The position numbers and the translations under genes are program-made. The notes beneath the pieces are model-generated. The model was not told the origin of the DNA. It did no database searches and worked only from the letters and a program-made list of their open reading frames with translations. Source: an uncultured Victivallales bacterium (GTDB lineage: Bacteria; Verrucomicrobiota; Kiritimatiellia; UBA8416; JADHWI01). Taken from it: a DNA stretch of 60,705 nucleotides. Each line of letters opens with the position of its first letter. Within the stretch, counting starts at the first letter, position 1. Positions 44,266 to 53,889 of the stretch are shown in pieces. The DNA is taken from NCBI GenBank assembly GCA_964544115.1, contig CAZJBP010000001.1, forward strand, positions 1 through 60,705, read 5' to 3'.

Positions 44266-44931
44266 TCATCTCAGGCACGGCTCGATATCGAGTGCGACCG
44301 ACGAGCGCACCAGATCGGAGACCGTGTTCTGCAGGCGCTGCGCGTCGGGGGGGGGCGGCAGGTAGACGGCGATGCGTTCAGCCAGCCGGCGCTCCAGGAC
44401 GGGCGCCGGCGCGAGCAGGTCGCGCGGCACCGTCTCCGGGGCGGCGAGGGCGGCCCGGGCTTCGGCCAGCAGGCGATGGACCGACAGGCCGCAGGCGCCG
44501 GGGTGCGATCGGAACAGATTTCCGGCGCAGAGGTCGCCCAGGGCGCGCAGGTACGTTTCCGCGTGGCCGGTTCGCAGGCGCGTCTCCAGGTGGGCTTCGG
44601 TGAGCAGCAGCAGCGCGGCCGCGAACTCCACGGCCACGCGCCACTGCGCCTCGGCGTCGGCCGGTGGTGGTGCGTCGGGGGACAGGCCGTTCGTTCCGAG
44701 GACGGCCGCCGCCGCGTGCCGGGCGGAACGGTGCAGATGGTCGGCCAGCGTCAGCGGGGACGTCGTCACCTTCCCACGGGGGGACGAGTGGCGGCGGCGC
44801 TGGCGCTGGCCGTGGCGCACCTTCGCCAGGTCCACGACGCCGAATATAATCAGGCCGATAAAGAACGAGGCCAGAGCGATCAGTACCAGGGTGAAGAAGG
44901 CCCCGGCCGTGCCTATGATGGTGTCTGCCAT
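44266..44931 (-). CDS. Hypothetical single-pass membrane protein
   Basis: MADTIIGTAGAFFTLVLIALASFFIGLIIFGVV TM anchor followed by an Arg-rich stop-transfer segment. No recognisable domain; stops 21 nt upstream of the oxidoreductase start. Confidence 0.4.
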   Translation of the reverse strand: MADTIIGTAGAFFTLVLIALASFFIGLIIFGVVDLAKVRHGQRQRRRHSSPRGKVTTSPLTLADHLHRSARHAAAAVLGTNGLSPDAPPPADAEAQWRVAVEFAAALLLLTEAHLETRLRTGHAETYLRALGDLCAGNLFRSHPGACGLSVHRLLAEARAALAAPETVPRDLLAPAPVLERRLAERIAVYLPPPPDAQRLQNTVSDLVRSSVALDIEPCLR

Positions 44932-45027
44932 ATTGCACCCCGACACACCGGCGGCAGCGACGCGCTCGCCGGCGGAAGGGAGGTTAGCATGAACCCGCTC
45001 CGTGTACAGTGCTGTAGTTGATCCGGT

Positions 45028-46200
45028 TCAGCCCGCAGCCAGGACGCGCAGCCAGCGCAGGGCGAGGACAAAGAGGGCCGCGTGCGCGGCGAGGGGCAGC
45101 AGGTAGATGCGGTCCCGCGAGCGGGCAAAGGCCAGCAGCAGAAACACCGCGCCCGGCACCAGCACGCGGGCATAGCTCCACGGCTCAACCCAGACCTTGG
45201 GCGACATCACGAACGGCATCGCGGAAAAGCCCAGCAGGCCTAGGCTCACCTCGTCCCGGCGGCGGAGGACCTCGCGCAGGGCGAGCCCGGCCGCCACGCA
45301 CGCGGTTGCCACGAACAGGCCCAGAAAGAGCCGCTCCGTCAGGCTGTGCGCCGGGAGCCCGGCCCACACGTCGGCGACATGGTCCCACAGCGCTGCCAGC
45401 GGCCGGCCGAGGTTCTGCTGGCCCCCGCGCCAGGACGGCATCCCGAACCGCAGCGCCACAACCGCCTGCCACGCGGCGAACGGCCCCAGCGAGGCAGCCA
45501 GGGCGGCGGCGGAGCGGCGGTCACGCCGGCGGACGAGCGCGTCGAAGCAGAGCACCGGCGCCATGACGGCGGACGTTTCGCGCGCGAGGCAGGCCAGGGC
45601 CAGCCCCGCCGCGGCCCAGCCGGTTCGGCGGGCGGCGTAGGCCGCCATCGCCGCGGTCAGCAGGGCCGTGGCCAGCGGCTCGGACAGGTCGCGCGCCGTG
45701 GCCAGCAGCAGGCCGCTCAGCGTGGCATAGAGCAGGCCCCACCACGGGGCGAGCCCCTCACGCCGGCAGAACATGGCCGCCGCGAACACGCCGCCGGCGA
45801 TGGACAGGAGGTTCACGACGACCATCGCCCAGGGCATCCACGCCACGCGCCCCGCGGACAGCAGCGCCGTGAGCCAGGGGTAAAGAATGCGCTGGTAACG
45901 ATAGGCCGGGATGTCCATGTGGCGCGAGTACCCCCGGTTGATCCACGGATCGCAGGCCGCGAACAGGAAGAACTGTCCGTCGTACCCGTCGCTGCGCTTC
46001 ACAACGAGCACGTGATCGCGGATCTCCTGCGGCGGCCGGTAGCGGTCGCCCGCGCAGATCAGGCCGGAAACGTCGCCGCCGAAGGGAGCCACCAGGCGGG
46101 CAACGATCCCCGCGTAGAGCAAGACCGCGATGGCCGGCGCGGCCCACAGCCCGTGGTGGGCAAGACGGCGAAGCCACCGGGATGCGCGTTGGGGGTCCAT
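45028..46200 (-). CDS. Polytopic membrane protein, possibly a GT-C-like surface-glycopolymer formation protein
   Basis: Start at MDPQRAS (46200). About 9-10 TM helices. GYDGQFFLFAACDPW...DIPAYRYQRILYPWL resembles motifs of uncharacterised glycopolymer-formation membrane families (from memory, unverified). Confidence 0.5.
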   Translation of the reverse strand: MDPQRASRWLRRLAHHGLWAAPAIAVLLYAGIVARLVAPFGGDVSGLICAGDRYRPPQEIRDHVLVVKRSDGYDGQFFLFAACDPWINRGYSRHMDIPAYRYQRILYPWLTALLSAGRVAWMPWAMVVVNLLSIAGGVFAAAMFCRREGLAPWWGLLYATLSGLLLATARDLSEPLATALLTAAMAAYAARRTGWAAAGLALACLARETSAVMAPVLCFDALVRRRDRRSAAALAASLGPFAAWQAVVALRFGMPSWRGGQQNLGRPLAALWDHVADVWAGLPAHSLTERLFLGLFVATACVAAGLALREVLRRRDEVSLGLLGFSAMPFVMSPKVWVEPWSYARVLVPGAVFLLLAFARSRDRIYLLPLAAHAALFVLALRWLRVLAAG

Positions 46201-46305
46201 GGGGTCGGCAGTGTAAGGCCAGCGCCGCGCGCGCGCAACGCTGCGGCCATCTTCCGGACAAGTTGGGTGTTGCGGCCGCGGGCGCGAGCGGGTACGTTCT
46301 GGCCC

Positions 46306-46788
46306 ATGGGCTGGAACGTCCTGCATGTCAAACCGCGCCGCGAGAAGAAGGTGGCGGAGCACTGCGAGCAGCTGAAGGTCGAGCACTACCTGCCGCTGCG
46401 GCAGGAAACCAAGGTCTACCAGCGCCGCAAGGTGACGGTCTCCAAGCCGGTCTTTCCCGGTTACATCTTCGCGTCGTTTGACGACGAGGGCCGGGTGAGC
46501 CTACTCAAGACCAACTGCCTTGTGCGGATCCTGCCGTCGCCGGACGAATCCGCGCTGGTGCATGAGCTGGACCAGGTGCGCGCGGCGCTGGCGGTGGACC
46601 CGACGCTGGGCGCCACGGCGGCGATGAGGAAGGGCCGGACGGTTCGCATTGTGGGCGGCCCGTTCCGCGGCATCGAGGGCCGGATCGACATGCTCAAGGG
46701 CCAAACGATGGTGTGCCTCAACGTCGAGATGATCGGGCAGGCCATCCGGGTCGAGGTGGATCGCAGCCTGGTGGAACTGGCGGATTGA
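46306..46788 (+). CDS. NusG paralog (RfaH/UpxY-like antiterminator)
   Basis: NGN: WNVLHVKPRREKKVAEHCE...PLFPGYIF-like VFPGYIFASF. KOW: GRTVRIVGGPFRGIEGRI. 160 aa; directly upstream of rfbA. Confidence 0.8.
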   Translation: MGWNVLHVKPRREKKVAEHCEQLKVEHYLPLRQETKVYQRRKVTVSKPVFPGYIFASFDDEGRVSLLKTNCLVRILPSPDESALVHELDQVRAALAVDPTLGATAAMRKGRTVRIVGGPFRGIEGRIDMLKGQTMVCLNVEMIGQAIRVEVDRSLVELAD

Positions 46789-46809
46789 TACAGGGAGGGA
46801 CCGCGGACC

Positions 46810-47715
46810 ATGACGAACGCGACAACGGCGAGCTGGAAGGGCATTGTGCTGGCCGGCGGGGCGGGCAGCCGGCTGCATCCCATGACGCGGACGGTCAGCA
46901 AGCAGATGCTGCCGGTCTACGACAAGCCGATGATCTATTATCCCATCGGCACGCTGATGCTCGGCGGGATCCGGGACATCCTGATCATCTCCACCCCGAC
47001 GGACCTGCCGCGCTTCCGCGAACTCCTCGGCGACGGGGCTGAACTGGGCCTGCACTTCTCCTATGCGCTGCAGACGGCGCCGCGCGGCCTGCCCGAGGCC
47101 TTTACGATCGCCGGGGATTTCCTCGCCGGCCACCCCGCGTGCCTGATCCTGGGCGACAACCTGTTCTACGGCGATCTGCAGTTCTTCCGCGAGGCCCTGA
47201 CGCACACGACCGGCGGCACGATTTTCGGCTACCCCGTGCAGGATCCCGAGCGCTACGGCGTGGTGGAGTTCGACCGCGCCGGGCGCGTGCTGAGCATCGA
47301 GGAGAAGCCGGAGAAGCCGAAGAGCCGTTACGCGATTCCCGGGCTCTACTGCTTCGACTCCCGCGTGGTCGATGTAGCGCGCAGCCTGAAGCCCTCGGTG
47401 CGCGGCGAGACGGAGATCACCGACGTCATCCGCGCCTACATGAACTGGGGCGAGCTGCGGGTGAAGAAGATGGCGCGCGGCATCGCCTGGCTCGACACCG
47501 GCACCCCGCTGAGCCTGCTCGAGGCCTCGCAGTTTGTCGCCACGGTCGAGCACCGGCAGGGGCTCAAGATCGCCTGCCTGGAAGAGGTGGCGTACCGCAT
47601 GGGCATGATCGACCTCGCGGGTTTCCGCGCGCGCGCCGCAGCGTATGCCAACAACTCCTACGGCGCCTACTTGCGCGAACTGCTGCGCGACTTCGAGGAA
47701 CACGGCGGCGCGTGA
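46810..47715 (+). CDS. rfbA: Glucose-1-phosphate thymidylyltransferase
   Basis: KGIVLAGGAGSRLHPMTRTVSKQMLPVYDKPMIYYPI, ILGDNLFYG, YGVVEFD, WLDTGT. Confidence 0.9.
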   Translation: MTNATTASWKGIVLAGGAGSRLHPMTRTVSKQMLPVYDKPMIYYPIGTLMLGGIRDILIISTPTDLPRFRELLGDGAELGLHFSYALQTAPRGLPEAFTIAGDFLAGHPACLILGDNLFYGDLQFFREALTHTTGGTIFGYPVQDPERYGVVEFDRAGRVLSIEEKPEKPKSRYAIPGLYCFDSRVVDVARSLKPSVRGETEITDVIRAYMNWGELRVKKMARGIAWLDTGTPLSLLEASQFVATVEHRQGLKIACLEEVAYRMGMIDLAGFRARAAAYANNSYGAYLRELLRDFEEHGGA

Positions 47716-47757
47716 CAAGAGTCCTCCGCCGCCGCGGCAGTGGGATGCGCTGGCCTC

Positions 47758-49866
47758 TCAGCGTGCGGCCTCGCCTGGCGCGGCCTCGCCCGTGGTCCGG
47801 TGGCCGAATTTATGGGGCAGGAACAGAAACCGCCAGTAACGCTCCTTGTCGTCTCGGTAGTATTCCAGCAGCCGGTAGATCACGTTGACGTGCCGCCGTT
47901 CGCCGCCCTGCACATCCACCAGCGGCTGAAACGTGAACTGGTAGCGCCGGTCATCGCGCGCCCACCGAATCAGTCCCAGCAGGATCTTCGTCTCCCGCTC
48001 GCCATCGGGCGATTTCGTGGACCATGACAGCAGCGGCGGCAGGATTGTCCTGCCGCCGGAGTGGAGGTACAGAGGGATGACATTGAAGTAGTTGTCGCCC
48101 CACCAGACGGGCCCAGCCCCCTTGTGGCCTTTCCAGTCCCACGCAGGCGGGAGCAGCAGGATCCAGTTGTCATCCTTGCTCCAATAGACGGGGAAGACGT
48201 CGAGGTAGTTGTCGCCCCACCAGACGTTGAGAACACCGTGGTTGTCACTCCAGTTCCAGGCCGGCGGCAGGAGCAGGATCCAGTCGTCCCCGGAGCTCCA
48301 GTAGATCGGGAAGACGTCAAAGTAGTTGTCACCCCACCAGACGGGGCCAACGCCGTGGTTGCCATTCCAGTTCCACGCCGGCGGCAGGAGCAGGAGCCAG
48401 TCGTCGCCCGAGCTCCAGTAGAGCGGGAACACGTCGAGATAGTTGTCGCCCCACCAGACCGGGCCAACGCCGTAGTTGCCGTCCCAGTTCCAGGCCGGCG
48501 GCAGGAGCAGCAGCCAGTCGTCGCCGGAGCTCCAGTAGACGGGGAAAACGTGGAGATAGTCCTCGCCCCACCAGACGGGGCCTGCGCCGTGGTTGCCGTT
48601 CCAGTTCCACGCCGGCGGCAGGAGCAGGAGCCAGTCGTCGCCATAGCCCCAGTAGACGGGAAAGACGTCGAAGTAGTTCTCGCCCCACCAGACCGGGCCG
48701 ATGCCGCGGTTGCCGTGCCAGTTCCAAGTCAGGGGGATCAGCAGCCAGGTGTCATCGGTGCTCCAATAGAAGGGGAAGACATCGAAGTAGTTCTCGCTCC
48801 ACCAGACCGGGCCGATGCCATGGTGGTCTTCGACATCCCACGCCACGGGCAGCAGCAGCCAGTTGTCGTCCCACCCCCAGAACAGGGGAAACACATCGAA
48901 GTAGTTCTCGCCCCACCAGACGGGGCCAACCCCCTTGTCGCCACCCCAGTTCCACATGGGAGGGACGATCAGGAGCCAGTCATCGTTCTGGCTCCAGTAC
49001 AGCGGAAAGACATCCAGATAGTCTTCGCCCCACCAGACGGGGCCGACGCCGCGGTTGCCGTCCCAGTCCCACGCCAGCGGCAGCAGCAGCCAGTTGTCGC
49101 CGCGGCTGAAATAGAACGGGAAGACATCGACGTAGTCCTCGCCCCACCAGACGTTGAGAACGCCGTAATTCCCTTCCCAGTTCCACGCCGGCGGCAGGAG
49201 CAGAAGCCAGTCGTCGCCGGAGCTCCAGTAGACGGGGAAGACGTCGAGATAGTTGTCACCCCACCAGACGGGGCCAACGCCGTGGTTGCCGTTCCAGTTC
49301 CACGCCGGCGGCACAAGCAGGAGCCAGTCGTCTCCATAGCCCCAATAGACGGGAAAGACGTCAAAGTAGTTCTCACCCCACCAGACCGGACCGGCGCCGT
49401 GGTTGCCGTTCCAGTTCCAGGCCAGCGGAGGCACGATCCAGTTCTGGCCCTCGAACCAGACCAGCGGGGCGAAAATGAAGTAGTCCTCCCCCCACCAGAC
49501 GTTCAGGAATCCGCGGTTGCCGTTCAGATTCCAGGCCGGGGGCAGGATCAGCAGCCAGTCGTCTTCCCACGTCCAGACCAGGGGGGCCACGTGGAAGTAG
49601 TCGTTGCCCCAGATGACAGGCCCGACGTAGCGATCGAATTCATCGACCCGCTCGTGGCTGCCGATCAGCCAGAAGCACGCCATCATCTCCCGCTCGTCTT
49701 CGCTCACGGAAGTGGAATAGAAGGGCGCCCACTTGATGCCCTCCTCATAGACTTCGGCCCGTGCCGCACCTGGCGTCAGCACGAACAGGGCGACCGCCAC
49801 GGCAACGGTACGCGCGGCAACACCTCGCAGGGATCCTCTCACGACTGCACCCCCTCCCTGCAGCAC
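47758..49866 (-). CDS. Secreted Trp-rich protein with 14 tandem ~39-aa repeats of unknown family
   Basis: Signal-like N-terminus VAVAVALFVLTPGAARA. Repeat consensus G.GPVWWGENYFDVFPVYWSSGDDWLLLLPPAWNWNGNH counted 14 times. Distinct ~75-aa C-terminal tail. Confidence 0.75.
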   Translation of the reverse strand: MLQGGGAVVRGSLRGVAARTVAVAVALFVLTPGAARAEVYEEGIKWAPFYSTSVSEDEREMMACFWLIGSHERVDEFDRYVGPVIWGNDYFHVAPLVWTWEDDWLLILPPAWNLNGNRGFLNVWWGEDYFIFAPLVWFEGQNWIVPPLAWNWNGNHGAGPVWWGENYFDVFPVYWGYGDDWLLLVPPAWNWNGNHGVGPVWWGDNYLDVFPVYWSSGDDWLLLLPPAWNWEGNYGVLNVWWGEDYVDVFPFYFSRGDNWLLLPLAWDWDGNRGVGPVWWGEDYLDVFPLYWSQNDDWLLIVPPMWNWGGDKGVGPVWWGENYFDVFPLFWGWDDNWLLLPVAWDVEDHHGIGPVWWSENYFDVFPFYWSTDDTWLLIPLTWNWHGNRGIGPVWWGENYFDVFPVYWGYGDDWLLLLPPAWNWNGNHGAGPVWWGEDYLHVFPVYWSSGDDWLLLLPPAWNWDGNYGVGPVWWGDNYLDVFPLYWSSGDDWLLLLPPAWNWNGNHGVGPVWWGDNYFDVFPIYWSSGDDWILLLPPAWNWSDNHGVLNVWWGDNYLDVFPVYWSKDDNWILLLPPAWDWKGHKGAGPVWWGDNYFNVIPLYLHSGGRTILPPLLSWSTKSPDGERETKILLGLIRWARDDRRYQFTFQPLVDVQGGERRHVNVIYRLLEYYRDDKERYWRFLFLPHKFGHRTTGEAAPGEAAR
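47985..49626 (-). repeat. Intragenic ~117-bp tandem repeat array (14 units)
   Basis: Periodicity is visible at both DNA and protein level. Units 3 and 9 are almost identical in protein (GAGPVWWGENYFDVFPVYWGYGDDWLLL.PPAWNWNGNHG). Confidence 0.85.
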
Positions 49867-49924
49867 TCGCGGCTGCCAGCCGTAGGGTGCGCCGGTCGTG
49901 ATAGGGTGTCAAGGCATTCTTAGG

Positions 49925-51835
49925 TCAACCCCAGTTGCCGACGTGGCGCCGGCGCACGAATTGCTCGTGCCAGATCCGCACGCCGAGGATGCCGAGGAGC
50001 AGCCGGCCCCACGCGCGCTGCCCGCGGCTGTGCTCCTCAAGCAGCCGGCGCACGCCCTCCGGCCGGAACAGCGGCGGCGTGTCGCCGCCGGCTGTGAGCA
50101 ACAGTTCGCGGGCGGGGCCCGGAAGGCCCTTGCACAGCCAGTGATCAAACGGCGAGATGAACGCAAACTTAGGGCGCCGTCGGATCGATCCCGGCAGCAC
50201 CCCGCGCATGGCACGCCGCAAGACGGTCTTCTCGCGCAGGCCGGTCATCTTCAGGGCCGGCGGGATTCCGGCGCAGAACTCCACAAAGGGGTGATCGAGG
50301 AACGGCACGCGCACTTCCAGCGAATGGGCCATGGACATGCGGTCCAGGCCGTGGATGACCGCGTCGGTCATGCGGGTCCTGAAGTCGAGGTGGAGCAGCT
50401 GATTGTGCGGATGCCACGTGGGGAAATCGTCCGGCAGCGTCAGCCGTTCATCCCCGACCGTGAGGGCGCCGGCCGCCTGCAGGAGCTCCGGGTGGATGAG
50501 GTCCCGCTCGAGTTCGGCGTGCAGCGCCGTGGGCACCGGTCCGATCCAGTGCGCGAACCGCGCAAAGCCGATGCGGGGAGCCGCGGCGAACACCTGGGCG
50601 GCCTTGGGCCAGCGCTGCCGGACCCACGGGTGGGCGGCGACCGCCGCGCGGGCGGCGGGCGGCAGGACCGAGAGGAGGCGGAGAATCTTTTCCGTGGCGT
50701 ACCAGGTGTAGCCTCCGAGCACTTCGTCGGCGCCCTCGCCGGACAGGACGACCTTGACGTGCTGCGCCGTCAGCTGCGCCAGCATCAGCCGCGGAATCTC
50801 CGTGGCGACGCCCATGGGCGCCTCCGCCCACCAGACCGCCTCGGGCATCCGCTCGAGGGCGCGGTCGGGGCACTGCAGCATGTGCGGAACGAGCCGCAGC
50901 GACGGTTCATCCAGCAGCGTCCGCTGGCCTCCGAACTCGTCGCAGTCGTGATCGGGGAAGCGGATGGAGAACGCGGGGACGGGCCGGTCGCTCGCCCGGC
51001 ACATAAGCGCCGTCACGGCGCTGGAATCGATGCCGCCGCTCAGCCACGTGCCGACCGGCACATCGCTGCGCAGGTGCAGACGCACCGATTCGGCCAGGCG
51101 CTCGCGGAACGCCTCCGCCCACTGGCGCGGGGACTGTCGCGGCTCCGCGCCGGCGGCCGGAAACCGGTATTCCCAGTAGGGCCGCACCGTCAGCCGCCCC
51201 GCCTCGTAGACGGCGAGGTGGCCGGGCGGCAGGCGCTGAACCGCCCGCAGCCCCGTGCGCGGGCCCTGCACGAAGCCGAAACGCAGCACGTCCAGGATCG
51301 CCTGCGGGGCGGCGTCCCGCGGCAGGGCCTGCACCGGGAGCAGGGATTTCACCTCCGAGGCGAAATACAGCGCATCCGCCGTCTCGGCGTAGCACAGCGG
51401 CTTGATGCCGGGACGGTCACGGGCGAGCAGCAGACGGCCGCGCCGCTCGTCCCAGACCGCCAGCCCGAACATCCCGCGGAGGTGCTCCAGGCAGGCGTCG
51501 CCGTGCTCCTCGTAGAGGTGGACGATCACCTCCGCGTCCGAATGCGTCCGAAAGAGGTGGCCCCGGGCGCAGAGCGCGGCGCGCAGCTCGATATGATTGT
51601 AAATTTCGCCGTTGCAGACGACGTGGACGAGCCCGTCCTCGGAGGCGATGGGCTGCTGCCCGCCCTCGAGGTCAATGATGCTCAGCCGCCGGAACCCGAG
51701 GCCCACGCCGGGGGCCAGGTGGAAGCCCTCGCCGTCCGGGCCGCGATGGACCGCCGCCGCCGCCATGCGCCTGAGCAGGGCCTCGTCGACAGGCGCCCGT
51801 CGATCCCGCGCAACGATTCCGCAGATGCCGCACAT
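49925..51835 (-). CDS. asnB: Glutamine-hydrolysing asparagine synthase family amidotransferase (AsnB paralog)
   Basis: Start set at MCGICGIV (Cys2 nucleophile must follow the Met). GPDGEG, SGGIDSS PP-loop; 636 aa. Confidence 0.85.
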   Translation of the reverse strand: MCGICGIVARDRRAPVDEALLRRMAAAAVHRGPDGEGFHLAPGVGLGFRRLSIIDLEGGQQPIASEDGLVHVVCNGEIYNHIELRAALCARGHLFRTHSDAEVIVHLYEEHGDACLEHLRGMFGLAVWDERRGRLLLARDRPGIKPLCYAETADALYFASEVKSLLPVQALPRDAAPQAILDVLRFGFVQGPRTGLRAVQRLPPGHLAVYEAGRLTVRPYWEYRFPAAGAEPRQSPRQWAEAFRERLAESVRLHLRSDVPVGTWLSGGIDSSAVTALMCRASDRPVPAFSIRFPDHDCDEFGGQRTLLDEPSLRLVPHMLQCPDRALERMPEAVWWAEAPMGVATEIPRLMLAQLTAQHVKVVLSGEGADEVLGGYTWYATEKILRLLSVLPPAARAAVAAHPWVRQRWPKAAQVFAAAPRIGFARFAHWIGPVPTALHAELERDLIHPELLQAAGALTVGDERLTLPDDFPTWHPHNQLLHLDFRTRMTDAVIHGLDRMSMAHSLEVRVPFLDHPFVEFCAGIPPALKMTGLREKTVLRRAMRGVLPGSIRRRPKFAFISPFDHWLCKGLPGPARELLLTAGGDTPPLFRPEGVRRLLEEHSRGQRAWGRLLLGILGVRIWHEQFVRRRHVGNWG

Positions 51836-52039
51836 GACGCGTCTGGCCTCCCGGTGGACCGGCGAGAGAATAAGGGGACGCAGCGCCCGTGTCACGCCGG
51901 GGTTGCGAGGAAGTAACGGGGCCCCTCTTCATCCTAATCTTACTCTTACTCGTAATCCCCCCCCCGCTCACGCCGCCCGCCTCCCCTCCCGCGGGTTGCG
52001 GGGACAGGTTCGCGGTTCCGGTTCGCAGTTCTCTCGTAC

Positions 52040-52135
52040 CTTCCCTTCGGCGTCGGGGTCGGAATCGCTATCGGTATCGACGTCGGGTGGCCCGCGGGAG
52101 GGCGGTGTGAGGCTGACGGGGGATGCGCCCGCCCC
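52040..52135. repeat. Third, shorter copy of the intergenic repeat family seen at both window ends
   Basis: TTCCCTTCGGCGTCGGGGTCGGAATCGCTATCGGTATCGACGTCGGGTGG aligns with 60545-60595. GACGGGGGATGCGCCC (about 52118-52133) resembles the TIR arm AACGGGGATGCGCCCC. Confidence 0.45.
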
Positions 52136-52238
52136 CCCCTCCCACGCGCTGGCTGGACTTGCCGTGCGGTGTTACGCTAAAGTGCCCCCACATCATCTGG
52201 CCCAGCGACGGGCCGCCGACGGTGTGGAGGTGCGTCTC

Positions 52239-52571
52239 GTGAAGGTTGCCGCAGGTGGGGTGGCGTTGATGGTTGCCGGGATTGCGCTGCTGGCCGGTTG
52301 CGAAGGAACGGTGTCGAACACGGACGGGTCCTCGACCGTGACGATCACCCCGTCCTCGACAACCATCGAGGGGGGCACGAGCAACGTCGTGTTCAAGGCC
52401 CAGGGCGGATACGCTCCGTATGCGTGGTCGGTGGACGATACGTCTTTGGGCAGCGTGACCGCGGCGGACGATGTGGGCATCTACGTCAGCAACGCGGTGA
52501 CGGGTGTTGCTGTGGTCACCGTTGTGGATGTCCGCTCCAACGAGGCCAACGCGACGGTGACGCAGGAATAG
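52239..52571 (+). CDS. Small lipoprotein with a bacterial Ig-like (Big_2-type) domain
   Basis: In-frame GTG at 52239, 8 nt after GGAGG. Lipobox VALMVAGIALLAGC, then ITPSSTTIEGGTSNVVFKAQGGYAPYAWSV...VVTVVDVRSNEANATV. Confidence 0.55.
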   Translation: MKVAAGGVALMVAGIALLAGCEGTVSNTDGSSTVTITPSSTTIEGGTSNVVFKAQGGYAPYAWSVDDTSLGSVTAADDVGIYVSNAVTGVAVVTVVDVRSNEANATVTQE

Positions 52572-52600
52572 GCGGCCGGCGGGCCGCGGAGGAGGGGCTT

Positions 52601-53788
52601 ATGGTCATGCATTACCGGCGGTTCGGACGCACGGAGCTGAAGATGCCCGTGCTCACGTGCGGCGGCATGCGGTACCAGCAGGCGTGGAAGGATGACGATC
52701 CCGCCCTGGAGATCGACCCCGACAATCAGGCCAACCTCGAGGCCACCGTGCGGGCCGCGGTGGCGGCCGGCATCAACCACATCGAGACGGCGCGCGGGTA
52801 CGGCACCAGCGAGATCCAGCTCGGCCGCGTTCTGCCCTCGTTTCCGCGCGCGTCGATCCTCGTACAGACCAAGATCGGCCCGGCCGAGAGCGAGGATGAC
52901 TTCCTGCGCACGTTCGACCAGTGCATGCGCAATCTGCGGCTGGACTACCTGGACCTCCTGGGCATCCACGGCATCAACACCGCCGACGTGCTCGATCTCA
53001 CGCTGCACAAGGGCACGCTGAAGGCCGCGCAGCGGCTGCGCGACGAGGGACGCGTGCGCCACATCGGGTTCTCCACGCACGGCCCGTGCGATGTCATCGT
53101 CGCCGCCATCGAGACCGGCGAGTTCGAGTATGTCAACCTGCACTGGTATTACTTCGATCCGCGCAACAGTCCTGCCATCGACGAGGCCGCCCGCCGGGAC
53201 ATGGGCGTGTTCATCATCAGCCCGTCCGACAAGGGCGGGCGGCTCTACGCCCCGCCGCCGAAGCTGGTCGAACTGTGCCAGCCGTTCACGCCGATGGGCT
53301 TCAACGACCTGTTCTGCCTGTCGCGCCCCGACGTGCACACCCTGAGCATCGGCGCGTCCCGGCCGTCGGATTTCGACGCGCACCTGGCGGTGATGCCCGA
53401 GCTCGACCGCGCGTCCGACGCCATCCGCCACGTGGTCGTGCGGCTGGAGTCCGAGATGCGGCGGGTGCTCGGGGATGCCTGGTGCGACGGCTGGGCTGAG
53501 GCGCTGCCGTCCATGGAGGCGACGCCCGGCGAGGTACCGCTCTACCACGTGCTGCGGCTCTACAACCTGGCGATGGCGTACGACATGGAGGAGTTCGGCC
53601 GCATGCGCTACAACCTTCTCGGCAGCGGCGGCCACTGGTTCCCGGGCAACAAGGTCGACAAGATCGACTGGGCGGCGCTGCGCGAGGGGCTCCGCAACCA
53701 CCCGCTGGCCGACCGCATCGAACAGGCGCTGAAGATCGCCCACGAGCGCTTCAACGCGGCCGATGAGAAGCGCCTCAGCGAGTCGTAG
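52601..53788 (+). CDS. Aldo/keto reductase family oxidoreductase
   Basis: MHYRRFGRTELKMPVLTCGGMRY, GINHIETARGYGTSE, YLDLLGIHG, VRHIGFSTHG. ATG at 52601 after GGAGGAGGGG. Confidence 0.85.
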   Translation: MVMHYRRFGRTELKMPVLTCGGMRYQQAWKDDDPALEIDPDNQANLEATVRAAVAAGINHIETARGYGTSEIQLGRVLPSFPRASILVQTKIGPAESEDDFLRTFDQCMRNLRLDYLDLLGIHGINTADVLDLTLHKGTLKAAQRLRDEGRVRHIGFSTHGPCDVIVAAIETGEFEYVNLHWYYFDPRNSPAIDEAARRDMGVFIISPSDKGGRLYAPPPKLVELCQPFTPMGFNDLFCLSRPDVHTLSIGASRPSDFDAHLAVMPELDRASDAIRHVVVRLESEMRRVLGDAWCDGWAEALPSMEATPGEVPLYHVLRLYNLAMAYDMEEFGRMRYNLLGSGGHWFPGNKVDKIDWAALREGLRNHPLADRIEQALKIAHERFNAADEKRLSES

Positions 53789-53889
53789 CGCCTCCCGGTG
53801 CCGCGCGGGCCGCGAACGCGCCTGGCGGAGGGATGAAGCAGCAGGCTCGTAGCGCCTGCTGTACCGGTACAGCGCGGGCTACGAACGCG

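Noticed and set aside
49925-51835. The AsnB homologue as a lasso-peptide cyclase or RiPP enzyme, with the adjacent repeat protein as substrate.
   Set aside because: The N-terminal MCGICG glutaminase nucleophile and the full-length AsnB architecture are intact. No small precursor peptide or B-protein (transglutaminase-like protease) gene is nearby, and the neighbour is a 702-aa secreted protein.
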